Positions 51,794-61,930 of a stretch of DNA of 64,000 nucleotides are shown here, in pieces. Position 1 is the stretch's first letter. Each line of letters opens with the position of its first letter. The translations under genes were made by a program, and so were the position numbers. The notes beneath the pieces were generated by a model. That model saw only the letters and a list, made by a program, of their open reading frames with translations. It was not told the DNA's origin and searched no databases. Origin of the DNA: an uncultured delta proteobacterium (GTDB taxonomy: Bacteria; Desulfobacterota; Binatia; UBA9968); contig CAVWLW010000069.1 in NCBI GenBank assembly GCA_963755715.1, positions 128,001-192,000 on the forward strand, written 5' to 3'.

Positions 51794-51953
51794 GCCCCTA
51801 TTTAACTTAACAATCTGGAGCCGCAATAAAGATAGCGACACCCCAATGGAGTAAAGGATTTGAGCGGCGCCAAAATTCGCTGTTTAATCAATCATGGGTT
51901 GCGAACGGCGAAATGATGCGTGCGGCGCGGATCTGGATGGATTGACGGCGGAG

Positions 51954-53384
51954 TTAATTTAGACCCATTTCGGTTCGTTTGAATTCATCGATCTTGATTT
52001 CGTGTTTTCTTAACAATTCATAAAAATCCGTGCGCGATTTCCCGGCCAGCTTTGCTGCCTCACTTGCCTTTCCACCGCAAAGCTTCAGCAGATGGAGCAG
52101 ATATTCCTTTTCGAATTCATACTTGGCCGTCTTATAGGACTTGACCGAGGTCTTCGTGCCGTTGATAAAGGAATTCAAAACGTCCGGCCGCGTGTTCCCA
52201 GCCGCGCCCTTTATCAGGATCGTATCTTCCGTCAGCGTATCGTGACGGGTCATAGCGATCGCATATTCCAAGGTATTTTCCAGCTCGCGGACGTTTCCCG
52301 GCCAATCGTAGAGCATGAGCTTTTGCATGGCTTCCGGCGTGATGCCCTTGAGGTCCTTGCGCATCTGCTGGGAAATCTGCTTCAGGAACCGGTCCGCCAA
52401 TAGCGGAATATCTTCCTTCCGTTCGCGCAACGGCGGCAAATGAATTGGGATGACGTGAAGCCGATAAAACAAGTCGAGACGAAAGCTCCCCTTCGCCACC
52501 TCCTGTTCCAAATCCTTATTGGTGGCGACGATGATGCGAACATTAACCACAACCGGCTTTTCGCTTCCAACCGGATAGAACTGACGATCTTGCAACATGC
52601 GCAGCAGCTTGGCCTGGATCGATAGCGGCATGTCACCGACCTCGTCGAGAAAAAACGTGCCGTTGTTGGCTTGGCTCAATAGGCCGCGGGTGCTCTTATC
52701 GGCGCCGGTGAAAGACCCTTTTTCGTGCCCAAACAGCTCGCTTTCCAAGAGCGGCTCTGGTAAAGCGGCGCAATTCACGGCGACAAAAGGCTTATCTCGC
52801 CGGCTGCTCGCCAAATGAATCGCCTTGGCGATTACTTCTTTTCCCGTGCCGCTTTCCCCTTGTAAATAGATCGTCGATTCGGTATCGGCGATCCGCGAGA
52901 CGGTATCGAGCACGGTGCGCATCTTGGCGCTTTTTGCGATCACGTTAGGAAAGTCGTAGGCTTGCTCCAAAAGCCCTCTTAAGCGTTGAATTTCGGTATT
53001 GAGCCGACGATTTTCCAGTGCCCGCGAGATCTGCAGCAAGAGCTCCTGTGTGTTAAAAGGTTTGGTCAGGTAACTGTAAGCGCCCTCCTGCATAGCCTGG
53101 ACCGCGCTTTCGACGCTGCCGTAGCCGGTCAGGATGATGACCCGCAAGTCAGGATTGATCTTGTGCAACTCGCGCATCAGCGAGATACCATCCTGGTCTG
53201 CAAGTCGCAAATCCAGCACACAGAGATCGAATATGTTTTGCTTCGCTGCTTGCAGCGCGTCGACGCCGCTCGAAGCCGATGTGACCTCGTACCCCCCGGA
53301 ATGTAACTTCAGACCGATGAGCTCAATAAGATTTTGATCGTCATCTACGACGAGGATATTACCCGCTGACATGTTGGATCCCAC
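51954..53384 (-). CDS. Sigma-54-dependent response regulator (NtrC family)
   Basis: REC domain, GESGTGKE, ESELFGHEKGSFTGA, FLDEVG, WPGNVRELEN and a Fis-type HTH. Confidence 0.95.
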   Translation of the reverse strand: MGSNMSAGNILVVDDDQNLIELIGLKLHSGGYEVTSASSGVDALQAAKQNIFDLCVLDLRLADQDGISLMRELHKINPDLRVIILTGYGSVESAVQAMQEGAYSYLTKPFNTQELLLQISRALENRRLNTEIQRLRGLLEQAYDFPNVIAKSAKMRTVLDTVSRIADTESTIYLQGESGTGKEVIAKAIHLASSRRDKPFVAVNCAALPEPLLESELFGHEKGSFTGADKSTRGLLSQANNGTFFLDEVGDMPLSIQAKLLRMLQDRQFYPVGSEKPVVVNVRIIVATNKDLEQEVAKGSFRLDLFYRLHVIPIHLPPLRERKEDIPLLADRFLKQISQQMRKDLKGITPEAMQKLMLYDWPGNVRELENTLEYAIAMTRHDTLTEDTILIKGAAGNTRPDVLNSFINGTKTSVKSYKTAKYEFEKEYLLHLLKLCGGKASEAAKLAGKSRTDFYELLRKHEIKIDEFKRTEMGLN

Positions 53385-53624
53385 TCTTAAAATTACGGAG
53401 TCTATCGCCGGTTTCTATAGATCGCTAAATTTTTGCTGGCAGGGCAATCCCGCACCTTTTGCTGTTTGATTAAAGCTCAAAAAAGAAGAAATTCCCTGCC
53501 TCTTTGTTAGGAAAATAGCCACCAATTTGGGGCTCTCATATCGCTTTTTATTACATCTAACAAGTACAGCAAAATTCTAACCAGATGAACTGACATACTT
53601 GTGACCAATTGGCGGATGGTGGGA

Positions 53625-53659
53625 AATTTTCTGACAGGCAAAACATCTGTCAGAAAATT
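53625..53659. promoter_or_regulatory. 13-bp inverted repeat, candidate enhancer-binding-protein site
   Basis: AATTTTCTGACAG-N9-CTGTCAGAAAATT between the divergent NtrC-type and nucleotidyltransferase genes. Confidence 0.55.
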
Positions 53660-53756
53660 CACATCTACCTGTGGAAAAACCCCTACAAAATTTCTGCCAA
53701 ATATTTTTTCGCACCAAAAAACCTTTATTTATTGCCCGCCAAAAATCTGTCATCTT

Positions 53757-53772
53757 TGGCACATTCTTTGTG
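53757..53772 (+). promoter_or_regulatory. Possible sigma-54 promoter (imperfect -12)
   Basis: TGGCACATTCTTTGTG has a correct -24 but GT instead of GC at -12; about 100 nt downstream of the inverted repeat. Confidence 0.45.
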
Positions 53773-53969
53773 TAGCGAATAACCAACCAACAAGCCCTCA
53801 CAAGAACCGCTGATGAATCTGAGAAACCGAACCGCTTCGCTGCCTTTGATTTCCCCAACGTTTTTCGTTTCTTGTGAAAACAACATACCAGCGATGATGG
53901 TGGCGACCGGGTGCCTGAGATGATTCTGTGCCCCCCGGCCAGATCTTAATACGAAACCGAGGGAATAAA

Positions 53970-55091
53970 ATGCCGCAAAACCGCAACAGGCGTGACGATT
54001 ATGCAGCATGTCAGAAGAACCGCAGCGGCGACCCTGTAAGCTGCGCATTGATTCTGGCGGGCGGAGAAGGAAAACGGCTACGCCCTTTTGTCCATCTTTT
54101 GCGCGGAGACTTACTGCCGAAGCAGTATGTCAATTTCATTGGCCGGCGTTCGATGCTGGAGCACACGCTGGATCGGGCCGAAAGGCTTGTGCCCGGTGAG
54201 CGGGTTTTTACAATCATAAACCGCAACCATCTGATCTTTCCGGAAGTGACTCGGCAAGTCGCGGCCCGGCATCGCGGTACAGTGATCGTGCAACCTGAAA
54301 ATAAGGAAACCGCGCCGGGAATCCTGTTTTCCCTTGTCCATATCGCCAAGCGTTACCCGGACTCGATTGTCACTTTGCTGCCTTCGGACCACTTCGTTCT
54401 GGAAGAGGACCAACTGCTAACTTACTTGAGCACGGCTTACCATGCGGTCAAGCGCGATCCTTCACGCATCGTGCTTTTGGGGATCGAGCCGGACGGCAAT
54501 GAGTCGGACTACGGCTACATAGTTCCTGGGAGTAAAATGAAGCGCGGCGGTAATGCCGTTTTCCAGATTTCGTCATTCATCGAAAAGCCGGATTACCGAA
54601 CGGCCCAAGAGCTGGCGCACAGCGGAGCGCTGTGGAATACCATGATGATGGTCTTTAAAACCACCACGCTGATGAGTTTAATCAAGGAAATTTCGCCCTT
54701 GTTTTTTGGGGTTTTTCAAACGATCTCTGACGCGATTGAAACCGTCGACGAAGAAGCGGTTATCGAGCAGATTTATCAGGAGCTGCCGCCGCTCAATTTC
54801 TCCCACGACATCATGGAGCCGCTGGCGCGCTCGCATTCAGCGAACCTTCTAACTCTGCCGGTGCAAAACGTTTTATGGAGCGACTGGGGCTCGGAGAGCC
54901 GGATCATGGAGATCCTCAGACAGACAGGCTATGACACCAGGCTCAACGGTCTAACCAGGGCGCCTCACTTAACCGGCGAATCCGCATATGGACCGCATTC
55001 GTTTGTCGATATCCCGAAAGTGCTTTTCACCCAGGCAGAAAGCCTAGGGACGCGCCGCAAGGCAGCCAGCTCGTTATCGAAGGCACTGTAA
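53970..55091 (+). CDS. Sugar-phosphate nucleotidyltransferase (mannose-1-phosphate guanylyltransferase-like)
   Basis: ILAGGEGKRL, PKQY, QPENKETAPG, PSDH, YGYI, FIEKP and WSDWGS. Confidence 0.88.
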   Translation: MPQNRNRRDDYAACQKNRSGDPVSCALILAGGEGKRLRPFVHLLRGDLLPKQYVNFIGRRSMLEHTLDRAERLVPGERVFTIINRNHLIFPEVTRQVAARHRGTVIVQPENKETAPGILFSLVHIAKRYPDSIVTLLPSDHFVLEEDQLLTYLSTAYHAVKRDPSRIVLLGIEPDGNESDYGYIVPGSKMKRGGNAVFQISSFIEKPDYRTAQELAHSGALWNTMMMVFKTTTLMSLIKEISPLFFGVFQTISDAIETVDEEAVIEQIYQELPPLNFSHDIMEPLARSHSANLLTLPVQNVLWSDWGSESRIMEILRQTGYDTRLNGLTRAPHLTGESAYGPHSFVDIPKVLFTQAESLGTRRKAASSLSKAL

Positions 55092-55301
55092 GCGCCGCCC
55101 TAGGGACGACAACGGCTCGAAGAGGCTTGGGTTCTTGGGCTGGGACTGGTGCTGCTAATTATTATCGTTCTGTTAGTGGCGGGCTGGCTGTGAGCGTGGG
55201 TGCGCCTAGAAATCATTTTTTTATAAAGCTTATAGTCGTAAACCCTGGCAGTCTACGAATCCGTATTTACCCAATAGAATTCGTTCAGATCAGGACGGTT
55301 T

Positions 55302-55560
55302 ATGTCCACCCGAAGCCAACCTTCGACCCTATGGATAACAGTAGCGTCCGCTTTGTTGGCGATTCTTCTCTCGAGCAGCGGCTGCGCATCCCTGACCAAT
55401 CAGAGTACCGCTGAATACTTTGATAACCATAACCTCACACTACGGCAGCGGTGAGAGCCCTGCCCAATTCTAAAGTCTCAAATTCGGTAATGCGCGCGCC
55501 GGCCCGGCCGCGCCGCGGAGAGCTGCGCGAGCAAATGTGCGGTGTTGCGTCGGTTATTGC
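55302..55560 (+). pseudogene. Degraded BON-domain lipoprotein (OsmY-like)
   Basis: MSTRSQPSTLWITVASALLAILLSSSGCASLTNQSTAEYFDNHNLT, then a frameshift to TAAVRA...GVASVI; lipobox and BON-like fragments. Confidence 0.5.
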
Positions 55561-55712
55561 TTGCCTGGCGTACGGATCCAATGATAGAAAACTGACGGCG
55601 ATATCGGCGGCGCTTTCTTACCTATCGCACCCCGGAAAACAATGGAATCACATCTTCGAGCAAAGCTCACGCCTGCCCAAATTTGTATCGGAAAGCGATC
55701 GAGAATTGACTT

Positions 55713-56087
55713 ATGAGCGAAGCCAATAATGCCCACTCAATATTGATCGTCGATGACGAAGAAAATCTCTTGGTGCTGCTCGATCGCATCCTCAGCAAAG
55801 AAGGTTACGCGGTCCGCACGGCCCATGACAGCCATCAGGCTCTCGATTTGATTGCGAACCATCAGTTTCGCGCGGCGATTCTCGATATCAAGATGTTTCC
55901 GATCGACGGTGTGACTTTGCTGGGCATGATTAAAGCCCGTGTGCCGGCGATCCGGGTCGTCATGATCACCGCTTACCCTACGACGGACAGCCGCGCTGAG
56001 TCCATGCAGAAAGGCGCGGCGGCCTACCTCACGAAACCGTTGGACATCGTCGAGTTTAAGCGCGTCCTGCGCGAGCTGACCAATTAG
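55713..56087 (+). CDS. Single-domain response regulator
   Basis: ILIVDDE, ILDIKM, MITAYPT and YLTKP. Confidence 0.92.
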   Translation: MSEANNAHSILIVDDEENLLVLLDRILSKEGYAVRTAHDSHQALDLIANHQFRAAILDIKMFPIDGVTLLGMIKARVPAIRVVMITAYPTTDSRAESMQKGAAAYLTKPLDIVEFKRVLRELTN

Positions 56088-56168
56088 ACAAAAGCCGTGC
56101 GTTGCTGGTCTGATCTCACCTGCTGGAAAAACAGACGTCGTTTTTGACTCCCTACGGTTAACACGACG

Positions 56169-58550
56169 ATGAAACAAATCCCCAATCAAATTTTGATGGC
56201 AGTGCTCGCCTCGATCGTCGGGCTGCTCGTCACAAACGCGTGGTTGGGCTACGAAAACATCGAACAAATGCGCCAGGGGAGTTTGGCCGCTTCGCGCAAT
56301 CGCAGCATCATCGTGGCGCTCGAGAATACTATTTCGCTGGTCACCGAAGCCGAATCCGGACAGCGCGGCTACTTGATTACAGGAGAACCGGAATACCTGG
56401 AGCCTTATCGAAAAGCCCTCGCGAATATCGACGGCCAAATCAAATTTCTCGAACACGCCACCGCGAACAATCCCGTTCAGCGGACGCGCATTCCAGAGCT
56501 CAAGCGCCGCCTCGAAACCAGAATTCAACAATTGCAACAAAGGGTCGAGGCGCGCGCCAGCGAAGGCCTCGACGCCGGTCGCCAAGCGATCTTACTCAAT
56601 CGCGGCAAAGTCGAGATGGACGATCTCCGCCAACACGTGGCCGAGATGGTGAGAATCGAAAGCGAGATCCGTGACGCCAGCGTGCAGCGCTCGGCGCGTA
56701 ATTATAATGTCGCGCTCTCGAGCAGCCTGATTGGCGATGCGGTGGCCATGCTTATGGTTGCCGCCTTCATTTACCTGTTGGGGCGCCACTTGAGAGAGCG
56801 CAAAAGGACTGAAGCCGTTATTCACGAGCAGCGCGAGCTCTTCCGCACGACCATTTCGAGCATCGGCGATGCAGTGCTGACCACCGACACCGATGGACGA
56901 GTGAAATCGCTAAACCGGATTGCACAATCATTGACGGGCTGGACCGAGGAAGCTGCGCTCGGACAAGATCTAAAGACCGTGTTTCCGATTGTCAATGAGC
57001 AAACGAACATACCCGCCGAAAATCCTGCGGCCCGGGTGCTGCGCGGAGGAACAATCGTCGGCTTGGCCAACCACACGATTCTCGTCGCAAGAGATGGCAG
57101 CAGGCGTCCCATCGACGACAGCGCCGCGCCGATCCGAGACGCCAGCGGCAACGTCCTCGGCGCGGTGATGGTGTTTAGAGATGTATCCGAACGAAGAAAG
57201 ACCGAGGCGGCGGTGCAAGCGGAGGCCCACACGCTCGCCACGCTGAACCGAGTCGGCCGCACGGTAGCGGCGGAGCTCGACCTCGAAAGAGTCGTCCAGG
57301 TCGTCACCGATGCGGCGACGGAGCTTTGCGGCGCGGCGTTCGGCGCATTTTTCTACAACGCGATCGGCGAAAAGGGCGAGTCATATCTTCTCTATGCGCT
57401 TTCAGGCGCGCCGCGCGAGGCTTTTGAAAAATTCGGCACGCCGCGCAATACAGCGGTCTTCGCGCCGACGTTTAGAGGCGAAGGATTGGTTCGCGTCGCC
57501 GATATTACCAAGGACCCGCGCTACGGCCATAACTGGCCCCACAAAGGCATGCCGGAAGGCCACCTGCCAGTGCGCAGTTATCTTGCCGCGCCAGTAGTGT
57601 CGCGCTCGGGTAAAGTGATCGGCGGGCTTTTTTTCGGACACCCCGACATCGATGTTTTTACCGAGCGTGCCGAGCGCATCATCGCGGGTATCGCTGCCCA
57701 GGCCGCTATCGCGATCGATAATGCGTACGTCTACCAGGCGGCGCAGAAAGAGATCGAGCAGAGGGCTCGCGCCGAAGAGGCCCTGCGCCGAAGCGAAGAT
57801 AAATTTCGCCGCCAGGCCGAAGAGCTGGAACGCCAACTGATTGCCTCGGGCCGTCTCGTTTCCGTGGGCGAAATCACCGCGTCTATGGCGCACGAGTTTA
57901 ACAATCCACTCGGGATCATTTTAGGATTCGCCGAAGAAGTGCGCAGCGAACTGCCGCCGGGCGATCACAATCACAGAGCGTTGTTGATTATCGAGGAAGA
58001 GACCCGGCGCTGCCAAAAAATCATTCAGGAGTTGCTTCAGTTCACGCGCCCGACCGGCCCGGAACCGGCTTGGACAAATATTCGTGAGACGGTGGAAAAA
58101 TCACTCGCCCTCGTCGCCAACCATTTGTACAAGCAAAAGATCGACTTGCACATGGGATTTGATGTCGAATTCCCGCAGATTTACATCGACGCAAAACAAC
58201 TGGAACAGGTCCTAGTCAATCTCTATCTCAACGCCATTGCCGCGATGCCGAATGGCGGCAACCTCTGGGTTAACACTAAAATCGATTCGCCCATTGACGG
58301 CGCACCGACAGGCGTCATAGAAGTCAAGGACACGGGGAGCGGCATCGAGCCGCATGATTTGCCCAAGATTTTTGAACCTTTTTTTACGGCGAAAAAGCGC
58401 ACGGGCTTGGGCCTGGGGCTTTCCGTCTGCGAGCGCATCGTGAAGAATCACGGCGGGCGCATCGAAGCCGCAAGTCAACCGGGGGAAGGAACCCAAGTCA
58501 CGGTTCATTTGCCCGTAGAGCGGAAGGCCGCAATGATTGATCCTGGATGA
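56169..58550 (+). CDS. Sensor histidine kinase (CHASE3, PAS, GAF, HisKA, HATPase)
   Basis: AESGQRGYLITGEPEYLEPY (CHASE3), SIGDAV PAS, GMPEGHLPVRSYLA GAF and MAHEFNNPL. Confidence 0.94.
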   Translation: MKQIPNQILMAVLASIVGLLVTNAWLGYENIEQMRQGSLAASRNRSIIVALENTISLVTEAESGQRGYLITGEPEYLEPYRKALANIDGQIKFLEHATANNPVQRTRIPELKRRLETRIQQLQQRVEARASEGLDAGRQAILLNRGKVEMDDLRQHVAEMVRIESEIRDASVQRSARNYNVALSSSLIGDAVAMLMVAAFIYLLGRHLRERKRTEAVIHEQRELFRTTISSIGDAVLTTDTDGRVKSLNRIAQSLTGWTEEAALGQDLKTVFPIVNEQTNIPAENPAARVLRGGTIVGLANHTILVARDGSRRPIDDSAAPIRDASGNVLGAVMVFRDVSERRKTEAAVQAEAHTLATLNRVGRTVAAELDLERVVQVVTDAATELCGAAFGAFFYNAIGEKGESYLLYALSGAPREAFEKFGTPRNTAVFAPTFRGEGLVRVADITKDPRYGHNWPHKGMPEGHLPVRSYLAAPVVSRSGKVIGGLFFGHPDIDVFTERAERIIAGIAAQAAIAIDNAYVYQAAQKEIEQRARAEEALRRSEDKFRRQAEELERQLIASGRLVSVGEITASMAHEFNNPLGIILGFAEEVRSELPPGDHNHRALLIIEEETRRCQKIIQELLQFTRPTGPEPAWTNIRETVEKSLALVANHLYKQKIDLHMGFDVEFPQIYIDAKQLEQVLVNLYLNAIAAMPNGGNLWVNTKIDSPIDGAPTGVIEVKDTGSGIEPHDLPKIFEPFFTAKKRTGLGLGLSVCERIVKNHGGRIEAASQPGEGTQVTVHLPVERKAAMIDPG

Positions 58551-58607
58551 ATCAACCCCGACGCCTGCAGCGCTGCCAATCCATGGCGCTGGAGGCAAAT
58601 TCTAAGC

Positions 58608-61600
58608 ATGTCGGATCTAGAGAATTCATTCTCTGAGAATTCACCCGCCGCAGCGAATGCGCTCACCGGCGGGGGTCAGATGGGCGCATTGATCCGGTCA
58701 ACGGATTGGTCGGAAAGACCGCCTGGTCGGATCGACTTTTGGCCGCAGAGCCTGCGCTTGGCTTTGCGTATCATGCTCGATGCGCCCAACCCGAGCTTTG
58801 TCTGGTGGGGCAAAGCGCGAATCAATTTTTACAATGATGCGGCGGTCCCGCTGTTCGGCAAGCGCCACCCCGACGCCTTAGGCGAACCGGCTGACAAACT
58901 TTGGCGTACCGTAGGGGATGGGATCGGGCCACCAAGCAACGTTATTTTCAACGAAAGGAAAGGCGGCCGGCTTGATCAAGTCGCTTTGATGGTCGAGCGG
59001 CACGGCTTTGCCGAAGAAGCTTATTTCACATTCTCATACAGCCCGATTGCTGACGATGGTGGTGAGGGCGGCGTATTCTGCGTGGCGACGGAGGACACGG
59101 AGCGAATTTTGAACGAACGCCGCCTGGGCGCTTTGAGCCGCCTCACGCGCGTCGGCGCCGACGCGCGCACGGTGGATCAGGCATGCCAGTTGGCGGCGCA
59201 GGTGATCGAAGAGAATCCGCGCGATATTTCCTTCGCGCTAATTTATCTAATCGATCCGAGCGAGAAGCAAGCGCGGCTCGCGCGGCGGGTCGGGCTAGCT
59301 AATGACGAAGCCCATGCGCCTCTTTTCATCGATCTGGTGGGTGAATCAGAATGCCCTTGGCCGTTGGCGCGCGTTCTCGAGGGAAAAACAGAAAAGCTAT
59401 TCCGGCTCGACAGGGCGGCGACTTTGCCGGGTGGCATTTGGCCGGAGCCCGCCAACGCCGTGGTCATGCTGCCACTTCGCGAAGTCGGCTCGGAGCAACT
59501 AACGGGCTTCATGGTGATCGGCGCCAGCCCCCGCCTTTACCTGGACTCCAAATACGAAGAATTCTTCGAGCTCTTCGCCAACGGCGTGGCAGATGCTATT
59601 GCGGCGGCGCGCACGCGCGAACAAGCGCGCAGCCGGATCGAAGCAGCCGCGGTGTTTGAAATACTGAAAAAACGCGAAACAGAGCTGTCTCGCGAAGTGA
59701 CAACCATCAGCCAACTCTATCGCCTGAGCGCGCAACTGCTCCAGCCAACGAGCCTGCACGCCGCGCTCGTGCAGATTCTCGATGCGTCGATCGAGCTGAT
59801 CGGCGCGGACATGGGTAACATCCAAATCTTTCAACCCCTGCGCGATACTCTGGAAATCGTCGCTCAGCGCGGTTTCACCGGGGAGTTTCTCGACGATTTC
59901 GAGCCGGTCGCGGCGGGGGACGGGACGGCTTACGGTCGCGCGCTCGCAACCCGGGAGCGGGTCATTATTGAAGACGTCGAGCGCGATGAATTATTCAGGC
60001 CGTATCGCGCCACGGCGGCTCGAGCGGGTTATCGCGCCGTGCTTTCCGTGCCGCTCGTCAGCCGGCGCGGCGATATTCTTGGCGTGCTGTCGACGCATTG
60101 CCGCGAGCCGCACCGTCCCGAGGAACACGAGTTGCGCATGCTCGACCTGTACGCGGGCCATGCGGTCGATGCCATCGAACGCATTCGTGCCGAGGAAGCG
60201 CAGCGCGAAAGCGAAATGGATCGGCAGAAGTTCGTTTCCCTGGTGGAAAACTGCACCGACTTCATCGGCATGGCAGCCCTCGACGGCAGGGTTCTCTATA
60301 TCAATCCGGCGGGCCGGGACATCGTCGGTCTCGACAGCGAAGCGGCCGCGCGCCAGGCCGTCATGGCCGATTATCTCCCGCCCGACATGGAGCGCTATTT
60401 CGAATCCGACGTGCTCCCGACGGTGCTCAAGTCAGGACACTGGGAGGGCGAGGTCGCATTTAAGCACATCAAGACCGGGCTGCCAGTACCGATCTATCAA
60501 GTCATGTTTTTGATTCGCTATCCGAGCGACGGCGGACCGTTTTGCTTGGCCATCGTGGCGCGGGATATCACCCGACGCAAGCAAGCGGAAATGGCGCTCC
60601 ACGCCAGCGAAGAACGCTTTCGCCTCGCCACGCGGGCGGGAAAAGTCGGCGTGTGGGACTGGGACATCGTGCGCAACCGCATTTCTTGGAGCGAGTCCTT
60701 GTATGGCATTCATGGGGTGAAGCCGGAAGCCTTCGATGCCACCCTCGAAGGCTTCAGCGCCTTGATTCACCCTGAGGACAGCCGACGGGTTTCGGAAAAA
60801 ATCGCGCGCTCGCTCGACACCGGCGAACCCTACGAAATCGAGTTCCGCATTCTTCGGCCCGATGGAAATATCGTGTGGATCTTTACCGATGCGACGGTGA
60901 TCCGGGCCGGCGATCAGCCTGTGCGCATGGTTGGCGCGACGGTCGACATCAGCGAACACAAGCACCTCGAGCAAGCGTTGCGCCAAAGCGAGCAGAAGTT
61001 ACGCGATCACGCGAAAGAGTTGGAACAGCAATTGATCGCGTCGGGAAGACTGATCTCTCTGGGCGAGGTGACCGCTTCCATGGCCCACGAATTCAACAAC
61101 CCGCTCGGCATCATCATCGGCTTTATCGAAGACCTCCTGAGCAGCAAGCGGCCGAGCGACCCCGACTTCCACTCTCTGCAGATCATCGACGAGGAGGCCA
61201 AGCGCTGTAAAAAAATCGTTCAGGATCTCATGGAATACTCCCGGCCGAAGAACGCCGAAATGGCGCCGACCAATATTGTAAATGTCATCGATCGGACGTT
61301 GAAGATGGTCGAGAATCATCTCTATAAACAGAAGATCGAGGCTGTCACAACCATCGATCCGTCGCTGCCGCGGATTCACGCGGACTCACAACAGCTCGCG
61401 CAAGTGCTGGTCAATCTTTTTCTGAATGCCATCGATGCCATGCCCAACGGCGGCAAGCTGACCGTAGCGGCGCAAATAGCTACCCACGATCACACACCTC
61501 CGGCCCTGGTGGTGAGTGTCGCCGACAGCGGTATCGGTATCGAAAAAGATTTTCTGCCGAAAATCTTTCAACCGTTTTATACCGCGAAAAAGCGCCGAGG

Positions 61601-61721
61601 CTTGGGCTTGGGACTGCCGATCTGCGAGCGCATCGTCAACAACCACGGCGGCAGCATCGAGGTGAAAAGCCGCCACGGCGAAGGCACGACCTTCACCATC
61701 TACCTGCCGATCACTCACTGA
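58608..61721 (+). CDS. Cytoplasmic multi-PAS/GAF histidine kinase
   Basis: GGQMGALIRSTDWS N-terminus, two GAF and two further PAS domains, MAHEFNNPL and GLGLGL. Confidence 0.93.
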   Translation: MSDLENSFSENSPAAANALTGGGQMGALIRSTDWSERPPGRIDFWPQSLRLALRIMLDAPNPSFVWWGKARINFYNDAAVPLFGKRHPDALGEPADKLWRTVGDGIGPPSNVIFNERKGGRLDQVALMVERHGFAEEAYFTFSYSPIADDGGEGGVFCVATEDTERILNERRLGALSRLTRVGADARTVDQACQLAAQVIEENPRDISFALIYLIDPSEKQARLARRVGLANDEAHAPLFIDLVGESECPWPLARVLEGKTEKLFRLDRAATLPGGIWPEPANAVVMLPLREVGSEQLTGFMVIGASPRLYLDSKYEEFFELFANGVADAIAAARTREQARSRIEAAAVFEILKKRETELSREVTTISQLYRLSAQLLQPTSLHAALVQILDASIELIGADMGNIQIFQPLRDTLEIVAQRGFTGEFLDDFEPVAAGDGTAYGRALATRERVIIEDVERDELFRPYRATAARAGYRAVLSVPLVSRRGDILGVLSTHCREPHRPEEHELRMLDLYAGHAVDAIERIRAEEAQRESEMDRQKFVSLVENCTDFIGMAALDGRVLYINPAGRDIVGLDSEAAARQAVMADYLPPDMERYFESDVLPTVLKSGHWEGEVAFKHIKTGLPVPIYQVMFLIRYPSDGGPFCLAIVARDITRRKQAEMALHASEERFRLATRAGKVGVWDWDIVRNRISWSESLYGIHGVKPEAFDATLEGFSALIHPEDSRRVSEKIARSLDTGEPYEIEFRILRPDGNIVWIFTDATVIRAGDQPVRMVGATVDISEHKHLEQALRQSEQKLRDHAKELEQQLIASGRLISLGEVTASMAHEFNNPLGIIIGFIEDLLSSKRPSDPDFHSLQIIDEEAKRCKKIVQDLMEYSRPKNAEMAPTNIVNVIDRTLKMVENHLYKQKIEAVTTIDPSLPRIHADSQQLAQVLVNLFLNAIDAMPNGGKLTVAAQIATHDHTPPALVVSVADSGIGIEKDFLPKIFQPFYTAKKRRGLGLGLPICERIVNNHGGSIEVKSRHGEGTTFTIYLPITH

Positions 61722-61930
61722 TCCCCTAAACGGATAAAGCTCCGCCACAGCACGATCGACTGGCTAGCCACCGCGTACTAACAAAGCGGCTTTGTGCCGC
61801 CGAACTAGGCTGAAATTGAGATTGGTGGGGCGAGTTTTCTTACGTGCCCTTCAGGTGGGTGTTAGAACTGGCGGGGGGGAATGCAAACGTGTTTCTTCTG
61901 CGGGTCACTCCATAAACCAAGCCGCGACGC

